A stretch of 64,000 nucleotides of DNA from Candidatus Hermodarchaeota archaeon (GCA_048885525.1 JBHLLP010000001.1:32001-96000); one strand, 5' to 3'. Positions 48,808 to 60,047 are shown, counted from the first letter of the stretch. Notes: generated by a model not told the origin, from the letters alone. Translations and numbers: made by a program.

Positions 48808-49221
48808 TTATAAAGAATTCAAGGAGGAGATAAGTTTATATTGATCTTCCGATAGTTTATCTTTTACTACTTCGAAAAGCTCTAAAAGTACATTGTCCGG
48901 AGCTCCCGCCATTACATACTTCAAAGGACCAAAAATTTTTATTTCTTTAATAAATTGAAATCCTCTGTTTTTCATATGTGTAACTAAAGCTTCTAAATCG
49001 TCGGTTTCAATCCCCAAATGATGAATGGCTCCACGTCCTTGGTCTTTTGGTGGTTGATCATAAAAATTAATTTTCGATGATCCAATTGATATCATTACGT
49101 TTCTAGCACCTGCCATTTTCAAATCAAATAAAACTTTAGCTCCAAACATATCTTGATAAAATTTAATACTTTTATCAAGATTGGAAGTAAAAAGATGTGC
49201 ATGATGAAGTGATGTTTTCAT
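48808..49221 (-). CDS. VOC/glyoxalase/bleomycin-resistance family protein
   Basis: LHHAHL..SNLDKSIKFY, IHHLGIETDDL, PDNVLLELFE. Confidence 0.88.
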   Translation of the reverse strand: MKTSLHHAHLFTSNLDKSIKFYQDMFGAKVLFDLKMAGARNVMISIGSSKINFYDQPPKDQGRGAIHHLGIETDDLEALVTHMKNRGFQFIKEIKIFGPLKYVMAGAPDNVLLELFEVVKDKLSEDQYKLISSLNSL

Positions 49222-49286
49222 ATTTCGACCTTTTCAATTTTTTCATTAATTTTATTATTTGAATAATTGGACTATATAAAAGTTTT

Positions 49287-50321
49287 TTAAAATCTTCTTG
49301 TTTTCTTTGGATATATTTGAAAAGGAGTACGTGCTTCTTCGGAAATCCATTCTACGTTTTCATTTATATGAGAAAGTGATCTCAATAAGTCAAAAGTTAG
49401 CCAACGTGTAGCTTTTGGATGTGAGATATATTCCCATAATCCATATTCTCCTCGTTCAGACTTTATGAATTCTATGAAATCACAAATCCGCTCATCATCC
49501 TTACTAGCATCTACTCTCCAACAAAGATTTAATATATGAGCAATATCAAATTTAGCCATAAAAGTTATCCGTCCAAAAGACTTTTCTAATCCAATAAGAC
49601 GGGCAATCATGAAACCTACATTATTTCTTAATTTTGAATCAGTTCCAAGTATTAGATCTAGAGCTCGCTTAGCTTCATCACTTTTACTACGTTTAGGGTG
49701 ATAAGCAAGACAGGTGAGAACTGCTGTCGTATTCGATCGGCACCCCCATCTTGAATGAGCAAGACGGCGATATCCAGCAATTCCTCCATAATTACCTGCA
49801 GATAAACCAACAGGCCATGCCCCATCTTCTAAACGTTGTTCCATTAACCATTCAAATGCTTTCTCAGTTCTTTCATCCGTTGAATATCCACACATAACTA
49901 ATCCTAGAAGTGGAATTGCAGTTTGAATAGGCATCATCTGATATCCAATTTCTTCATCAATTAACTGTTTCTTACCAGGCATTGGCCAAGAACCATCTTT
50001 TTGTTGTTTTGAAAACATAAATTCTGCAGCTCTCTGCACAACTGGATAAGACGAATCAAAGCCAAAATAACCTAATCTCTGTAATGCTATAGATGTTATT
50101 TGAAGGTTATCACTGGTTGTAATTCGTTCTACCCCAAAAGAATCCCATGCTCCATTTTTTTTTTGGAGTTTAAGTAAATCTCTGACGAGGGAGTCTGATT
50201 CTCTCATTTCTGATAATTCTTGAACTTCTTTTTCATCCTTGGAATGGTGTAATAATTCAGTTAATACCAAATATCGTAAACAAGGAGATGGATCAGTTAA
50301 TAAAAGTGGAATCCATGTCAC
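49287..50321 (-). CDS. Prenyltransferase/squalene-hopene cyclase-like alpha/alpha-barrel protein
   Basis: QW-type motifs QKKNGAW, QQKDGSW, QRLEDGAW; no DxDD; start overlaps the uvrA stop. Confidence 0.75.
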   Translation of the reverse strand: MTWIPLLLTDPSPCLRYLVLTELLHHSKDEKEVQELSEMRESDSLVRDLLKLQKKNGAWDSFGVERITTSDNLQITSIALQRLGYFGFDSSYPVVQRAAEFMFSKQQKDGSWPMPGKKQLIDEEIGYQMMPIQTAIPLLGLVMCGYSTDERTEKAFEWLMEQRLEDGAWPVGLSAGNYGGIAGYRRLAHSRWGCRSNTTAVLTCLAYHPKRSKSDEAKRALDLILGTDSKLRNNVGFMIARLIGLEKSFGRITFMAKFDIAHILNLCWRVDASKDDERICDFIEFIKSERGEYGLWEYISHPKATRWLTFDLLRSLSHINENVEWISEEARTPFQIYPKKTRRF

Positions 50322-53300
50322 AATCCTCCCTCCAATACTTTTTTTAAATAAGATGCGGTGGGTGTATTTAGTTCTGCAACTTCTTCGGGAGGACCTTTAG
50401 CAATAATTTGACCTCCTTTTGGTCCCGCTCCTGGTCCTAATTCAATAATCCAATCGCATGATGCTAACACATAAGGATGATGTTCAATTACAACTACAGT
50501 ATGACCTCTATTAATTAAAAGGTGTAACACATCAATTAAATTAGACACATCCTCCATATGCTGTCCAATAGTCGGTTCATCTAAAATATAGAGCGTTTTT
50601 TTGTTGGATTTCTTCGATAATTCCTTCACTATTTTAAGTCTTTGAGCTTCACCTCCAGAAAGAGTACGAGCGGGCTGATTTAATTGCAAATAACCTAAAC
50701 CTACTTTCCTAGCATAATTTAATTTTGAATGAATTGTTTCAAAATCTTTAAACAATTCATAAGCTTCATCAATTGTTAAATTATTTATGTCTGGCAACGA
50801 AACACCTTTAAAGTATATTCGCCAAGCTTCAGCAAGATAACCAGATCCCTTACAGCTTTCGCAAGTTTCAACAATATCAGGTAAAAATTTCATATCTAAT
50901 TTGATAAAACCACGTCCATTGCAAACGGAACATCTTTTTTTTAATCTTTTTTCATTTAATCTTAAAACCTTTGCATCTTCAGTCTCAGCAAAAATTTTAA
51001 GTATAGAAGGTTCTAAACCTAAGAATTTAAGAGGACTTCCAATTTTTGCTTTAGTTTGATCTACCAATATTGTTTGAGGTAAAGAGCCTTCAATCTTTTC
51101 ATATTCCCCGGGATCAATAGGTTCTCGTGATACAGAAGTTGTATGTTTTATAGGCACTAAAGCTCTTCCCAATGTGTCAATTAGTAAAGTACTTTTTCCT
51201 GAACCTGAAACTCCACACAATCCAGTTAATGAACTGTGAGGAATCTCAACTAATTCACCTTTTAGGTTATGCTCTTTTGCTCCAAAAATCTTTAACCATT
51301 TCTTTGGTTTTCGAGTCTTTCTTGATAATTTAAATTTCCTTTTTCCACTTAACCAGTCTCCCGTAATAGTATTAGATTTTATAACTTCTTCTAAAGTTCC
51401 TTTAGCTACAATTTCGCCACCGTTGGCTCCTGCTCCTGGTCCCATATCAATAATGTAATCAGCGAATTCTAAAAATAGAGGATCATGTTCTATTATAATA
51501 ATTGTATTGCCTTTATTTCGTAATTTAATTAGAACCTTTAATAATGCCATTAGTTCAGAAGGATGTAAACCCCTTGAGGGTTCATCAAGTAGAATAGTTA
51601 AAGACGTTAATTCACTCCCTAATAGTCCAGCTAATCGTACTCTCTGAGCTTCTCCAGCTGAAAGGCTCTCAGCAATGCGATTTAAATTAATATATCCTAA
51701 TCCCGTTTTGATTAGAAATTCCAAACGAATCAAAATGACCTTAAGGCTATTTTTCACAAAATCTGGTATTTTATCTTCATTCTTTCCTTTTTTAAGAATT
51801 TCAAAGAGTTCATTCAATGGAATCTCGCACATCTGTGGGATGTTATATCCATAAAGAGAGATAGCTAGATATTGAGGACGTAATTTCATTCCATGACATT
51901 CATTGCATACTTCCTTATCTGTATAGGTCCCTCCTACATCCCAATCTCTTAACCAGTGCTCATAAAACCCTTTGAATTGAACTACTTTATTATAGATTTG
52001 TCCTTTTTTGTTTTCAAATTCTACATCTAAAGGTTCTTTTTCTCCAAATACAAATGCATTTTTTGCTAGTTCTGACATGTCATTCCAAGTTGTTGAAAAT
52101 GGATCAAAACCATAACGAGCTGCGAGAGCCTGAACTATATAATAACCCCCGTTATATGGTTTACATAGGTATCCTTTTGGAAAAAACCCGGGAGAGTACA
52201 TAGCGCCACTGCATAATGGTTTTTCAGGGTGAATTATTAATTTGTTTGGATTAGGGACTTGAAATGATCCTACTCCATGGCACTTAAGACAAGCTGCAGA
52301 ATAATTTGTAGGTATGAAATGTCTTGGTTTTGCAAAAACTATTGAAGTATTACACTTCTTACAAACCCATTTTTCTTCTCTTTCCATCCACTGATTGCAT
52401 TTAGGACAAGTTCGCTTTCCCATATAAGAAAATATATTCGACAAATGGAGTATTATGTCTGTAGCCTTTCCTATAGTATTTCTGAGATTAAAATACCATC
52501 CATGTATAATTTTTTCAGGGATAATTGATGCTGTTATACCTAAACCTTGAATATTTTCTACTAGAGCTTCAGTGCTTTCTTTTATACCTTGTCTTTCATA
52601 CATCGATAATGTTTCTAAATACCTACGTCGTGCTTCTGTTTCAAGTGTATCTATTATCAAACTGGATTTACCTGATCCAGAGACTCCTGTGATTACAGTT
52701 AATTTCTTTTTTGGTATTTTAACATTTACATTCTTTAAATTATGAATATGAGCATTTTGAATAATAATATTTTCTGAACTTTCTCGTTTCTTCTTTACTT
52801 TTTCAATTAATGGTAAGGTTTTTTCCTCTTCTTTCAAAGCTCGAGCTGTAAGAGATGAATGTATATCCATAAATTCTTTTAACGAACCCTGATAAATTAT
52901 TTCTCCACCAGAAGGTCCAGAACCTGGACCAAGGTCTATAATCCAATCAGCAGCTCTTATAATGTCTATATTATGTTCAACTACAACTAAAGTTGCTCCA
53001 TTTTGAATCAAGTTATTCAAAATTTTTAGTAACCCTGCTAAATCCTGGGGGTGCAATCCTGTTGAAGGTTCATCAAGAATAATTAAATGGTCCTTTAGAG
53101 TCTTTCTACCAAGGTATTTTGATAATTTAATTCGTTGAGCTTCACCCCCAGATAATGTTGGTGAGGGTTGGCCTAAAGAAAGATATCCCAAACCGATATC
53201 ATTAAGAGCTTTTAACATTTGATTTGCAGAATTTAGATCTCCAATAGATAATCGCTTCTCTTTATCTAAAATCTTAACAACCTCTGAAATTGGTATATCA

Positions 53301-55207
53301 TAGAATTCTGCAATAGAATATTCTTTATCTTCAAACTTAACTTTTTCAGTAAGAATCTCTTCAGAAAATCTCTGACCATTACAATCTGGGCAATCAATCC
53401 AATTAGAAGGTAAATATCTCATTTTAATTTCAAGGGCACCCATTCCATTGCATGTTGGACATTGACCTTCTGGAGTATTAAATGAAAAATAAGTAGCATT
53501 AAATCTAGTAGCCTTAGCAAACACTTTTCTAATAAGATCAGCTATCTTTGTATATGTAGCAGGATTTGATCTAGGATTTTTGCCAATGGGTCCTTGATCT
53601 ACCATTATAGGTTTAACATTTGGACCTTTTATTCCATCACAACCAATAGTTTCCTTTCCTTTTAATGTGGAAAATAATACATTTTCAACTAAAGTACTTT
53701 TTCCCGAACCAGATACGCCTGTGATGACCGTTAGACGATTTAAAGGGATCTTACAACTAATATTCTTCAAATTATGCTTTTTAGCATTCTCTACTGTAAG
53801 AAATAATTGAGGTTTAGGTCTATATTTGGGAATTTTTACTTTTTCTCTTGAACTAAAAAACTTACCTGTTGGTGTCTCTGCTTTCCATAACTCAGCAGGA
53901 GTTCCAGTAAATATGATTTCACCCCCATATCTTCCAGCTCCGGGACCGATATCAATCACATTATCTGCAGATAATGCAGCTTGCCGGTCATGTTCAATAT
54001 AAATCACTGGACCCTCAAGATTGTGAAGTACTGGTAATAATCGTGCGACATCAGCGGGATGTTGACCAATCGTCGGTTCATCAAGTATATGTGTTATATC
54101 CTCTAATTCACTTAATAATGCAATAGCTAGTCGAACTCTTTGAGACTCCCCTCTTGATAAAGTTGGAGAAACTCGATCTAACGTTAGATAGTCTAGACCT
54201 ACAGTCTTTAATGCAAGCAGACGTTTTTTGATTTCTTGTAGTAATCTATTTGTAATTGGTAATTCCTCTTTAGAGAAGTAAGTGATTAGTTCTCCCACTG
54301 ATTTTGTTAATATTTGGGAAAATAACATACCTTCCCAAGAAACATTAGATGCTAGTGGATGATATCCTGTTTTATTACATTCTTTACACCCTCTTCCCTT
54401 ACAATGAGGACAATTTTTCTTAAAGTGTGTAGGTTCAAGCTCACCAAACCAATTGCCACATTCCACACATATAGGAACTCGAGAAATGATAGATTTTACT
54501 GATTTTCCTTCAACAATTAATGAATTTGCCCCTAATGAGGAGATAGTTTTAACTATATTTCGAATCTCATTAATATTGCTGCTTGCGGTCACTTGACCAA
54601 TTTGAATCTGAATATCATGAGATTCCTTTGGATTTAATTCTGTCCTTACAGGTTTTCCGTCAACTAAAACTGCTTCAAAACCAAATTCCTTCTTTAGAAG
54701 TTCAATTAAGGTTTGATGACTCCCTTTTATTTTTCTTACTAAAAGAGCAGAAATAATTAATGATTCTCTTTTTCTCAATCCATCTACTTTAGCGATAATC
54801 TCGTCTTCTTTTAAAACAGACAAATTACTACCACATACATGGCATTTTCTATCACCAAATCTGGCATATAAAATCTTTAAAAGCGGAATAAGACCTATTG
54901 CTGATGCTAAGATGGAATTTGGATTTCGATTAAGAACATTCTGTCCAAGAGCTATTGTAGGTCCTAGTCCAGTTATAGACCTTACTTTCGCAGGACTTAA
55001 TTTTATTTCATCTTTACTAACTGAAAATGCTTCTAAAAACCTGCGACGAGCTTCCTTATACAATATGTCGAAAATAAGTGAAGTTTTTCCCGAACCAGAA
55101 ACACCAGTTATCACCGTTAGCCCGTCTTTTATATCAACATCAACATTCTTTAAATTATGTTCCTCTGCTCCACGAATTTTTATCTCCATATTACTTCTAA
55201 CATCCAT
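50318..55207 (-). CDS. uvrA: Double-length UvrA-like ABC ATPase (four NBDs)
   Basis: Four GVSGSGK[T/S] Walker A; signatures LSRGE, LSGGE, LSAGE, LSGGE; four LDEP; several CxxC pairs. Confidence 0.9.
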   Translation of the reverse strand: MDVRSNMEIKIRGAEEHNLKNVDVDIKDGLTVITGVSGSGKTSLIFDILYKEARRRFLEAFSVSKDEIKLSPAKVRSITGLGPTIALGQNVLNRNPNSILASAIGLIPLLKILYARFGDRKCHVCGSNLSVLKEDEIIAKVDGLRKRESLIISALLVRKIKGSHQTLIELLKKEFGFEAVLVDGKPVRTELNPKESHDIQIQIGQVTASSNINEIRNIVKTISSLGANSLIVEGKSVKSIISRVPICVECGNWFGELEPTHFKKNCPHCKGRGCKECNKTGYHPLASNVSWEGMLFSQILTKSVGELITYFSKEELPITNRLLQEIKKRLLALKTVGLDYLTLDRVSPTLSRGESQRVRLAIALLSELEDITHILDEPTIGQHPADVARLLPVLHNLEGPVIYIEHDRQAALSADNVIDIGPGAGRYGGEIIFTGTPAELWKAETPTGKFFSSREKVKIPKYRPKPQLFLTVENAKKHNLKNISCKIPLNRLTVITGVSGSGKSTLVENVLFSTLKGKETIGCDGIKGPNVKPIMVDQGPIGKNPRSNPATYTKIADLIRKVFAKATRFNATYFSFNTPEGQCPTCNGMGALEIKMRYLPSNWIDCPDCNGQRFSEEILTEKVKFEDKEYSIAEFYDIPISEVVKILDKEKRLSIGDLNSANQMLKALNDIGLGYLSLGQPSPTLSGGEAQRIKLSKYLGRKTLKDHLIILDEPSTGLHPQDLAGLLKILNNLIQNGATLVVVEHNIDIIRAADWIIDLGPGSGPSGGEIIYQGSLKEFMDIHSSLTARALKEEEKTLPLIEKVKKKRESSENIIIQNAHIHNLKNVNVKIPKKKLTVITGVSGSGKSSLIIDTLETEARRRYLETLSMYERQGIKESTEALVENIQGLGITASIIPEKIIHGWYFNLRNTIGKATDIILHLSNIFSYMGKRTCPKCNQWMEREEKWVCKKCNTSIVFAKPRHFIPTNYSAACLKCHGVGSFQVPNPNKLIIHPEKPLCSGAMYSPGFFPKGYLCKPYNGGYYIVQALAARYGFDPFSTTWNDMSELAKNAFVFGEKEPLDVEFENKKGQIYNKVVQFKGFYEHWLRDWDVGGTYTDKEVCNECHGMKLRPQYLAISLYGYNIPQMCEIPLNELFEILKKGKNEDKIPDFVKNSLKVILIRLEFLIKTGLGYINLNRIAESLSAGEAQRVRLAGLLGSELTSLTILLDEPSRGLHPSELMALLKVLIKLRNKGNTIIIIEHDPLFLEFADYIIDMGPGAGANGGEIVAKGTLEEVIKSNTITGDWLSGKRKFKLSRKTRKPKKWLKIFGAKEHNLKGELVEIPHSSLTGLCGVSGSGKSTLLIDTLGRALVPIKHTTSVSREPIDPGEYEKIEGSLPQTILVDQTKAKIGSPLKFLGLEPSILKIFAETEDAKVLRLNEKRLKKRCSVCNGRGFIKLDMKFLPDIVETCESCKGSGYLAEAWRIYFKGVSLPDINNLTIDEAYELFKDFETIHSKLNYARKVGLGYLQLNQPARTLSGGEAQRLKIVKELSKKSNKKTLYILDEPTIGQHMEDVSNLIDVLHLLINRGHTVVVIEHHPYVLASCDWIIELGPGAGPKGGQIIAKGPPEEVAELNTPTASYLKKVLEGGL

Positions 55208-57721
55208 TTAATTAAGATACGGACCAGTCTTGGATTTTTTATTCATTTTTATATCTGTTGAAGTACCTTCTGCGATAATCTTTCCTCCTTTAGGCCCTCC
55301 CTCAGGTCCTAATTCTATGATGTAATCGCAATATGAAAGAATCTCGGGATCATGTTCTATAATTATAACAGAATTACCTTCCCTAACTAATTTTTCAAGT
55401 AATTCCATTAGTTTTATTGCATCATAAAATGATAATCCAACTGTTGGCTCATCCAAAATATAAAGGGATTTCCCTTTTCTAACTTTTCCCAGTTCCTTTG
55501 CTAATTTTATACGTTGAGCTTCTCCCCCACTTAGAGTAGGAGCGGGTTGTCCAAGCTCAATATATCCCATTCCAATATCATCTAAAATATTAAGTACTTT
55601 TGAGATGCTTTCTTGTGTTTTAAATAATTCATTAGCTTCGTTAACAGTTATTCCAAGCACATCTGCTATGGATTTCCTTTTATACTTGATTTCTAATATC
55701 TCTGGTTTATATCTTGATCCTTTACACTCTTTACAGGGGATTGTAAAACTTGTAAGGAATGAGACTTGAAGATCTTGAACTCCTTGCCCCTTACATGCTG
55801 GGCAACGTCCTCTGTCAGAATTATAGGAAAAGTGTCCTGTAGTAAATTTACGTTTCTTAGCTTCAGCAGTTTTTGAAAATAAGTTGCGTATCTTGTCCCA
55901 AATACCGATAAATGAGCAAGGAGTGGATGTTCGTACTCTCGATATAGGTTTTTGATTAACTACTATGACTTCATCAATATTTTCCCATCCCTCTACCTGT
56001 CCAAAGTATTCTAATAATCCTTCACCATTTTCTTCATTTTCTTCCTCTTCCCCATTAATACTTTTTTGTTTTCCTTTTCTTTTAACTCTTCTCTTAAAGT
56101 ATGGTTTTAACAAAGGTACTAGTGTATCTAAAATAAGCGAGCTCTTACCAGAACCTGAAACACCCGCAACTCCTACCATTACGCCCAATGGTATTTTTAC
56201 TGTAACATTCTTCAGGTTATTTGTATTGGCATTACTTAATGTTATATATTTCGTAGTTCTATCAATATGCCTTAATGATTCAATTTCCTTTTTAGGCAAT
56301 TCTATTTGCCCTGCGAGGAATTGTCCTGTATATGATTCCTTAATCTGTTTAATGCCATCTAAAGCTCCTTGATAAACTATTTCACCACCATGAATACCAG
56401 CCCCGGGACCGATATCGATGATTTCATCAGCAATCTCAATAAACCGCTTATCATGCTCAACTACTATAATAGTATTTCCCAAATCCTTTAATTGCTGCAG
56501 TAGAGTAACTAATGAATCTTTTTCAAGCTCGTGCAAACTCATACTGGGTTCATCTAAAATATATATTAATGAGTCTAGACCTCCATCTAAATGAGTCATA
56601 AGTGATAATCTTTGTAATTCTCCCCCACTAAGTGTTGGTAAAGAGCGGTGTAAGTGAAGATAGGAAAGTCCAACATTAACCATCCGCTTTAAACCTAGTT
56701 TTACATTATCAAGTATCGCTCTTCCTTGAGGTCTTTTTATATCTTCATCACTTAAATTATCGAAATGTTCTTGTAATTCATCAATAGTCATCATAGCTAA
56801 CTCACCAATATGTTTTTCAGAGATTTTAATTCCTCGTGCTTCTTCATTAATTCTATATCCTTGACAATCTTCACATTTCTTCTTGGACATGTATTCCTTA
56901 GTAATCTTGTTCTTTCTATAATCACTCTTACCTTCAGTCATTGCACGTTCCATGTGGGGTATGATACCTTCAAATACACGTTCCAATTCTCCCTGAAAAG
57001 TCTTTGATTCCCACCAAAACTTTAACTTTTTACCCTTACTACCATATAGATATAAGTCTTTTATTTCCTGAGGTAAGTCCTTGTAGGGAGTATTCATATT
57101 AAAATCAAAGAAATTAGGGAGTTGTTCTACGAATTTGATTTGATCGGCAAAACAACCAGAACCCGCTTTTGTAATCTGCATTAAAGTTCTACTATAATCT
57201 TGAACGATCATTTCTTCAGTGAAATGCATCTCATATCCGCGACCCTTACAAGTTAAGCACATCCCTGAAGGTTCATTAAAGGAAAAATGCTTAATTTGCT
57301 TGCGATCCACAACCATCCCACATATGTCGCATTCGAGGGTTGATTGGTTCACTGGTTCTTTGCAAATAGGACATAAAAGGATACCTTGAGTAGCATATAG
57401 CATCCTAATTAAACTATAAATCCCTGTTTTTGTACCAACTGTAGACCGGGGATTAAATACGCGTGTAGTCCTCTGTTCTACTGCCACGGTAGGACTTAAC
57501 CCTTCGATCATATCGAAAGGTTTTTCATCTTCAAACTTAGGTGGGAACCCAATAGATTGAAGATATCGATTCATTCCTTCATCAAATATAATATCAAATG
57601 CCAAGCTAGACTTTCCCGATCCAGAAACACCTGTTATTAGGATCATCTTCCCTTTAGGAATATCGACATCTATATCTTTTAAATTATGAATTCTTGCTCC
57701 TCTTACCTTTATTATATCCAT
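55208..57721 (-). CDS. uvrA: UvrA-like protein lacking the UvrB-binding domain (UvrA2/DrrC-like)
   Basis: Two GVSGSGKS, NPRSTVGT, FSFN, two LSGGE; only 10 aa between CPIC and CDIC, where canonical UvrA carries the UvrB-binding domain. Confidence 0.88.
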   Translation of the reverse strand: MDIIKVRGARIHNLKDIDVDIPKGKMILITGVSGSGKSSLAFDIIFDEGMNRYLQSIGFPPKFEDEKPFDMIEGLSPTVAVEQRTTRVFNPRSTVGTKTGIYSLIRMLYATQGILLCPICKEPVNQSTLECDICGMVVDRKQIKHFSFNEPSGMCLTCKGRGYEMHFTEEMIVQDYSRTLMQITKAGSGCFADQIKFVEQLPNFFDFNMNTPYKDLPQEIKDLYLYGSKGKKLKFWWESKTFQGELERVFEGIIPHMERAMTEGKSDYRKNKITKEYMSKKKCEDCQGYRINEEARGIKISEKHIGELAMMTIDELQEHFDNLSDEDIKRPQGRAILDNVKLGLKRMVNVGLSYLHLHRSLPTLSGGELQRLSLMTHLDGGLDSLIYILDEPSMSLHELEKDSLVTLLQQLKDLGNTIIVVEHDKRFIEIADEIIDIGPGAGIHGGEIVYQGALDGIKQIKESYTGQFLAGQIELPKKEIESLRHIDRTTKYITLSNANTNNLKNVTVKIPLGVMVGVAGVSGSGKSSLILDTLVPLLKPYFKRRVKRKGKQKSINGEEEENEENGEGLLEYFGQVEGWENIDEVIVVNQKPISRVRTSTPCSFIGIWDKIRNLFSKTAEAKKRKFTTGHFSYNSDRGRCPACKGQGVQDLQVSFLTSFTIPCKECKGSRYKPEILEIKYKRKSIADVLGITVNEANELFKTQESISKVLNILDDIGMGYIELGQPAPTLSGGEAQRIKLAKELGKVRKGKSLYILDEPTVGLSFYDAIKLMELLEKLVREGNSVIIIEHDPEILSYCDYIIELGPEGGPKGGKIIAEGTSTDIKMNKKSKTGPYLN

Positions 57722-57736
57722 TTTTGACCCCCATTT

Positions 57737-58408
57737 TCATTCTATTTTTTGTAATATGTAAGTTGTACATTCAAAACCCGTGGGATTTTTTTTTACCATA
57801 TCGATTTCTGCTAAATGACGTTTAATTTCTTTAATATCGTCAATATTTTCATATTTATTACGCAACTCATTTACTTTCTTTTCTAATGGAGCGTAGTATT
57901 CCTTCCACCAGCATTTTTCAGCCCATGGAATTTGCTTTAAAACATTAAAACCAAATTTTGGAAAATGTTTAAGCTTCTTATCTGCCCAATTATTAGCTTC
58001 ACCTGAAATCAAATAACCATTTAACTTTAGTATTCTATTACATTCAGTTATAGCCTTCTTGAAATCAAGAAGATGTATAACCCCTTCTTCCCAAATGATA
58101 TCAAACGTCTCGTCTTCAAATTTTGTATCATATATTGAACGATTAAATATTTCTATTCTATCTGAAAGTCCTTCTTGCTTAATTTTATGATTAAATTTAT
58201 TTAATGAATCCTGATCAATATCTATACCAGTTATTTTTCCATTACTTAACTTAACCAACTCCAAGGAGGGCATTCCAGTACCACATCCAATGTCAAGGAT
58301 GCGTGGTTTATCTATCCTTGGGATGCTTTCAAATGCCATTCTAGTGTATTGTAGAAACACAGCTCGAAGTCCCTCAGCATTTAGTTCTTTTAGTATATTT
58401 TCAACCAT
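57737..58408 (-). CDS. Class I SAM-dependent methyltransferase
   Basis: ILDIGCGTG, GID, FDIIWEEG. Confidence 0.9.
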   Translation of the reverse strand: MVENILKELNAEGLRAVFLQYTRMAFESIPRIDKPRILDIGCGTGMPSLELVKLSNGKITGIDIDQDSLNKFNHKIKQEGLSDRIEIFNRSIYDTKFEDETFDIIWEEGVIHLLDFKKAITECNRILKLNGYLISGEANNWADKKLKHFPKFGFNVLKQIPWAEKCWWKEYYAPLEKKVNELRNKYENIDDIKEIKRHLAEIDMVKKNPTGFECTTYILQKIE

Positions 58409-58425
58409 TTTAAATCAAACCTCCC

Positions 58426-59595
58426 TTAAATTGCTTTTTTTACGGTTTCCCATGCTTTAGTTTCTAATTCCAACCATTCTTGAATACCCCAGTCAATCTC
58501 TGGAATTCGTTCTCTCCAAGCATCCGCCTCTTTTTTTGCCCCATCTAGCACTTTCTCACTCTCATTATTTAATTGTTTTAATTGCTTTTGATAATCTTTT
58601 TCTCCAGCTTCTGTAATTTTGTTACTTTTAAGGAATATTTCTCTAAGTTTACCCAAATTTGGAAGGTCATCTGGTAAAATGAGAGTTTCTAAGTCATGAA
58701 TTTTTTTAACGATATCCCCAAATATATCTGAAGCTCTCAGAAGTCCATCATTATTCAACAATTCGCCTGCTTCCTTCAAGAAATCTCTATATAAAATTCT
58801 AAACATAGCCCCCCCAGTCCCGCCGGTTTCCATGTAAATGAACACACTTACTAAACCAAAAATTAAATTTTCATCAGTGAACTCAGTTCCCCAAGTAGGA
58901 AGCATTATTCTCCACTTTTGGAAGCCTGTTAATCCCATATTTTTAATGGGAGGATTATACATGAAATTTACATTTGCTTTTATAGCTGCTGGTATAAGCT
59001 CTTTCAAATCCTTAATCTTTTTTGGTAGGACTAACTCAACTAGTTTATTCTTTGCTGGAAACGGTGCATGCTTACTTCCTCTTGCTGCCTTTAGTTCTTC
59101 ATAGGTCATAAGATGAGGATTTGCATATCTATCTGAGATATAAGCCATATTTTTCTCCTCATCTATTCCGTATGTTACAAATGTATGTGCTCCAAAATGA
59201 CCTGATTTTTCATTTGGAATGGGTGTTCCTTCTGCAAAAAAGAAAGGTAGATAAGCGAAGTCAACAAATGTAATTGCAGGTTGCTCTTTCTCTAATAGAG
59301 CCACTAAATTATTATGGGCTACATTTACAGATGCCGTTTCTGTTATTTTAACACTCCCTCCTAAACGATTTAGGACCCGTTCAAATACTTCAGTTTTTTT
59401 CACAGCTAATCCTAAAACCATTGGAAAAGGCATGCGTTTCATGTAAAAATAGAAGAATCCTAATCCAGAGCTTAAACCAACAATCATTGGTTCAGAAAGT
59501 TCAATATCATAGTATGCGAGCACTTTTCTAAGACTAGACATCTGGCAGTTTGCGCCTGCCATGTGTTTAAAATCATCGATTACTATTCTAACCAT
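58426..59595 (-). CDS. BtrH_N/DUF4872 papain-like (peptidase C39-like) hydrolase
   Basis: NCQMSS (Cys), SEPMIVGL..GLGF, HFGAH, YISD, GTGGAMFR.LY. Confidence 0.82.
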   Translation of the reverse strand: MVRIVIDDFKHMAGANCQMSSLRKVLAYYDIELSEPMIVGLSSGLGFFYFYMKRMPFPMVLGLAVKKTEVFERVLNRLGGSVKITETASVNVAHNNLVALLEKEQPAITFVDFAYLPFFFAEGTPIPNEKSGHFGAHTFVTYGIDEEKNMAYISDRYANPHLMTYEELKAARGSKHAPFPAKNKLVELVLPKKIKDLKELIPAAIKANVNFMYNPPIKNMGLTGFQKWRIMLPTWGTEFTDENLIFGLVSVFIYMETGGTGGAMFRILYRDFLKEAGELLNNDGLLRASDIFGDIVKKIHDLETLILPDDLPNLGKLREIFLKSNKITEAGEKDYQKQLKQLNNESEKVLDGAKKEADAWRERIPEIDWGIQEWLELETKAWETVKKAI

Positions 59596-59607
59596 TTTAT
59601 TTTCCTC

Positions 59608-60036
59608 CTATTTTATATTTGGATTTATTTTCAATCCACATTCATAACATTTTGTATCATGTATACAAATCTCATCACCACATTCGGGGCAAGTATATAG
59701 CTTTTTTTTTTCTTTGAGCCAAGACTCAACTCCAATTTCTTTAAGTCTCTTCAAATTTTTAATTGGACTAACATTGTACCTACTCACATAAGTATCATCA
59801 ATTTTCTTCAAATTATCACATGGGAATTTTTCACATTCATAACAGTATTCCAATTCCTTTTTCCTAATTGGGGGACAATCTCTTTTAATGAAAGAGCAAT
59901 TTTTATTACGGATTCTACAACCTAAACATCCATATTTAAGACCTTTTTCTTCCAAAAGATTTTTCTTCCTGATTAAATATGACCTACAGGCACCACAATA
60001 AATTCCACAAGGTGCAGCTAAATTATTATCTATCAT
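59608..60036 (-). CDS. DUF3795 family Cys-rich protein
   Basis: APCGIYCGAC, CLGCR, CYECEKFPC, CPECG..CIH...CYECG. Confidence 0.85.
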   Translation of the reverse strand: MIDNNLAAPCGIYCGACRSYLIRKKNLLEEKGLKYGCLGCRIRNKNCSFIKRDCPPIRKKELEYCYECEKFPCDNLKKIDDTYVSRYNVSPIKNLKRLKEIGVESWLKEKKKLYTCPECGDEICIHDTKCYECGLKINPNIK

Positions 60037-60047
60037 TTGATTCTCAC

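Noticed and set aside
49287-50321. True squalene-hopene/oxidosqualene cyclase
   Set aside because: Only a single ~340-aa barrel with QW motifs and no DxDD/DCTAE catalytic motif.
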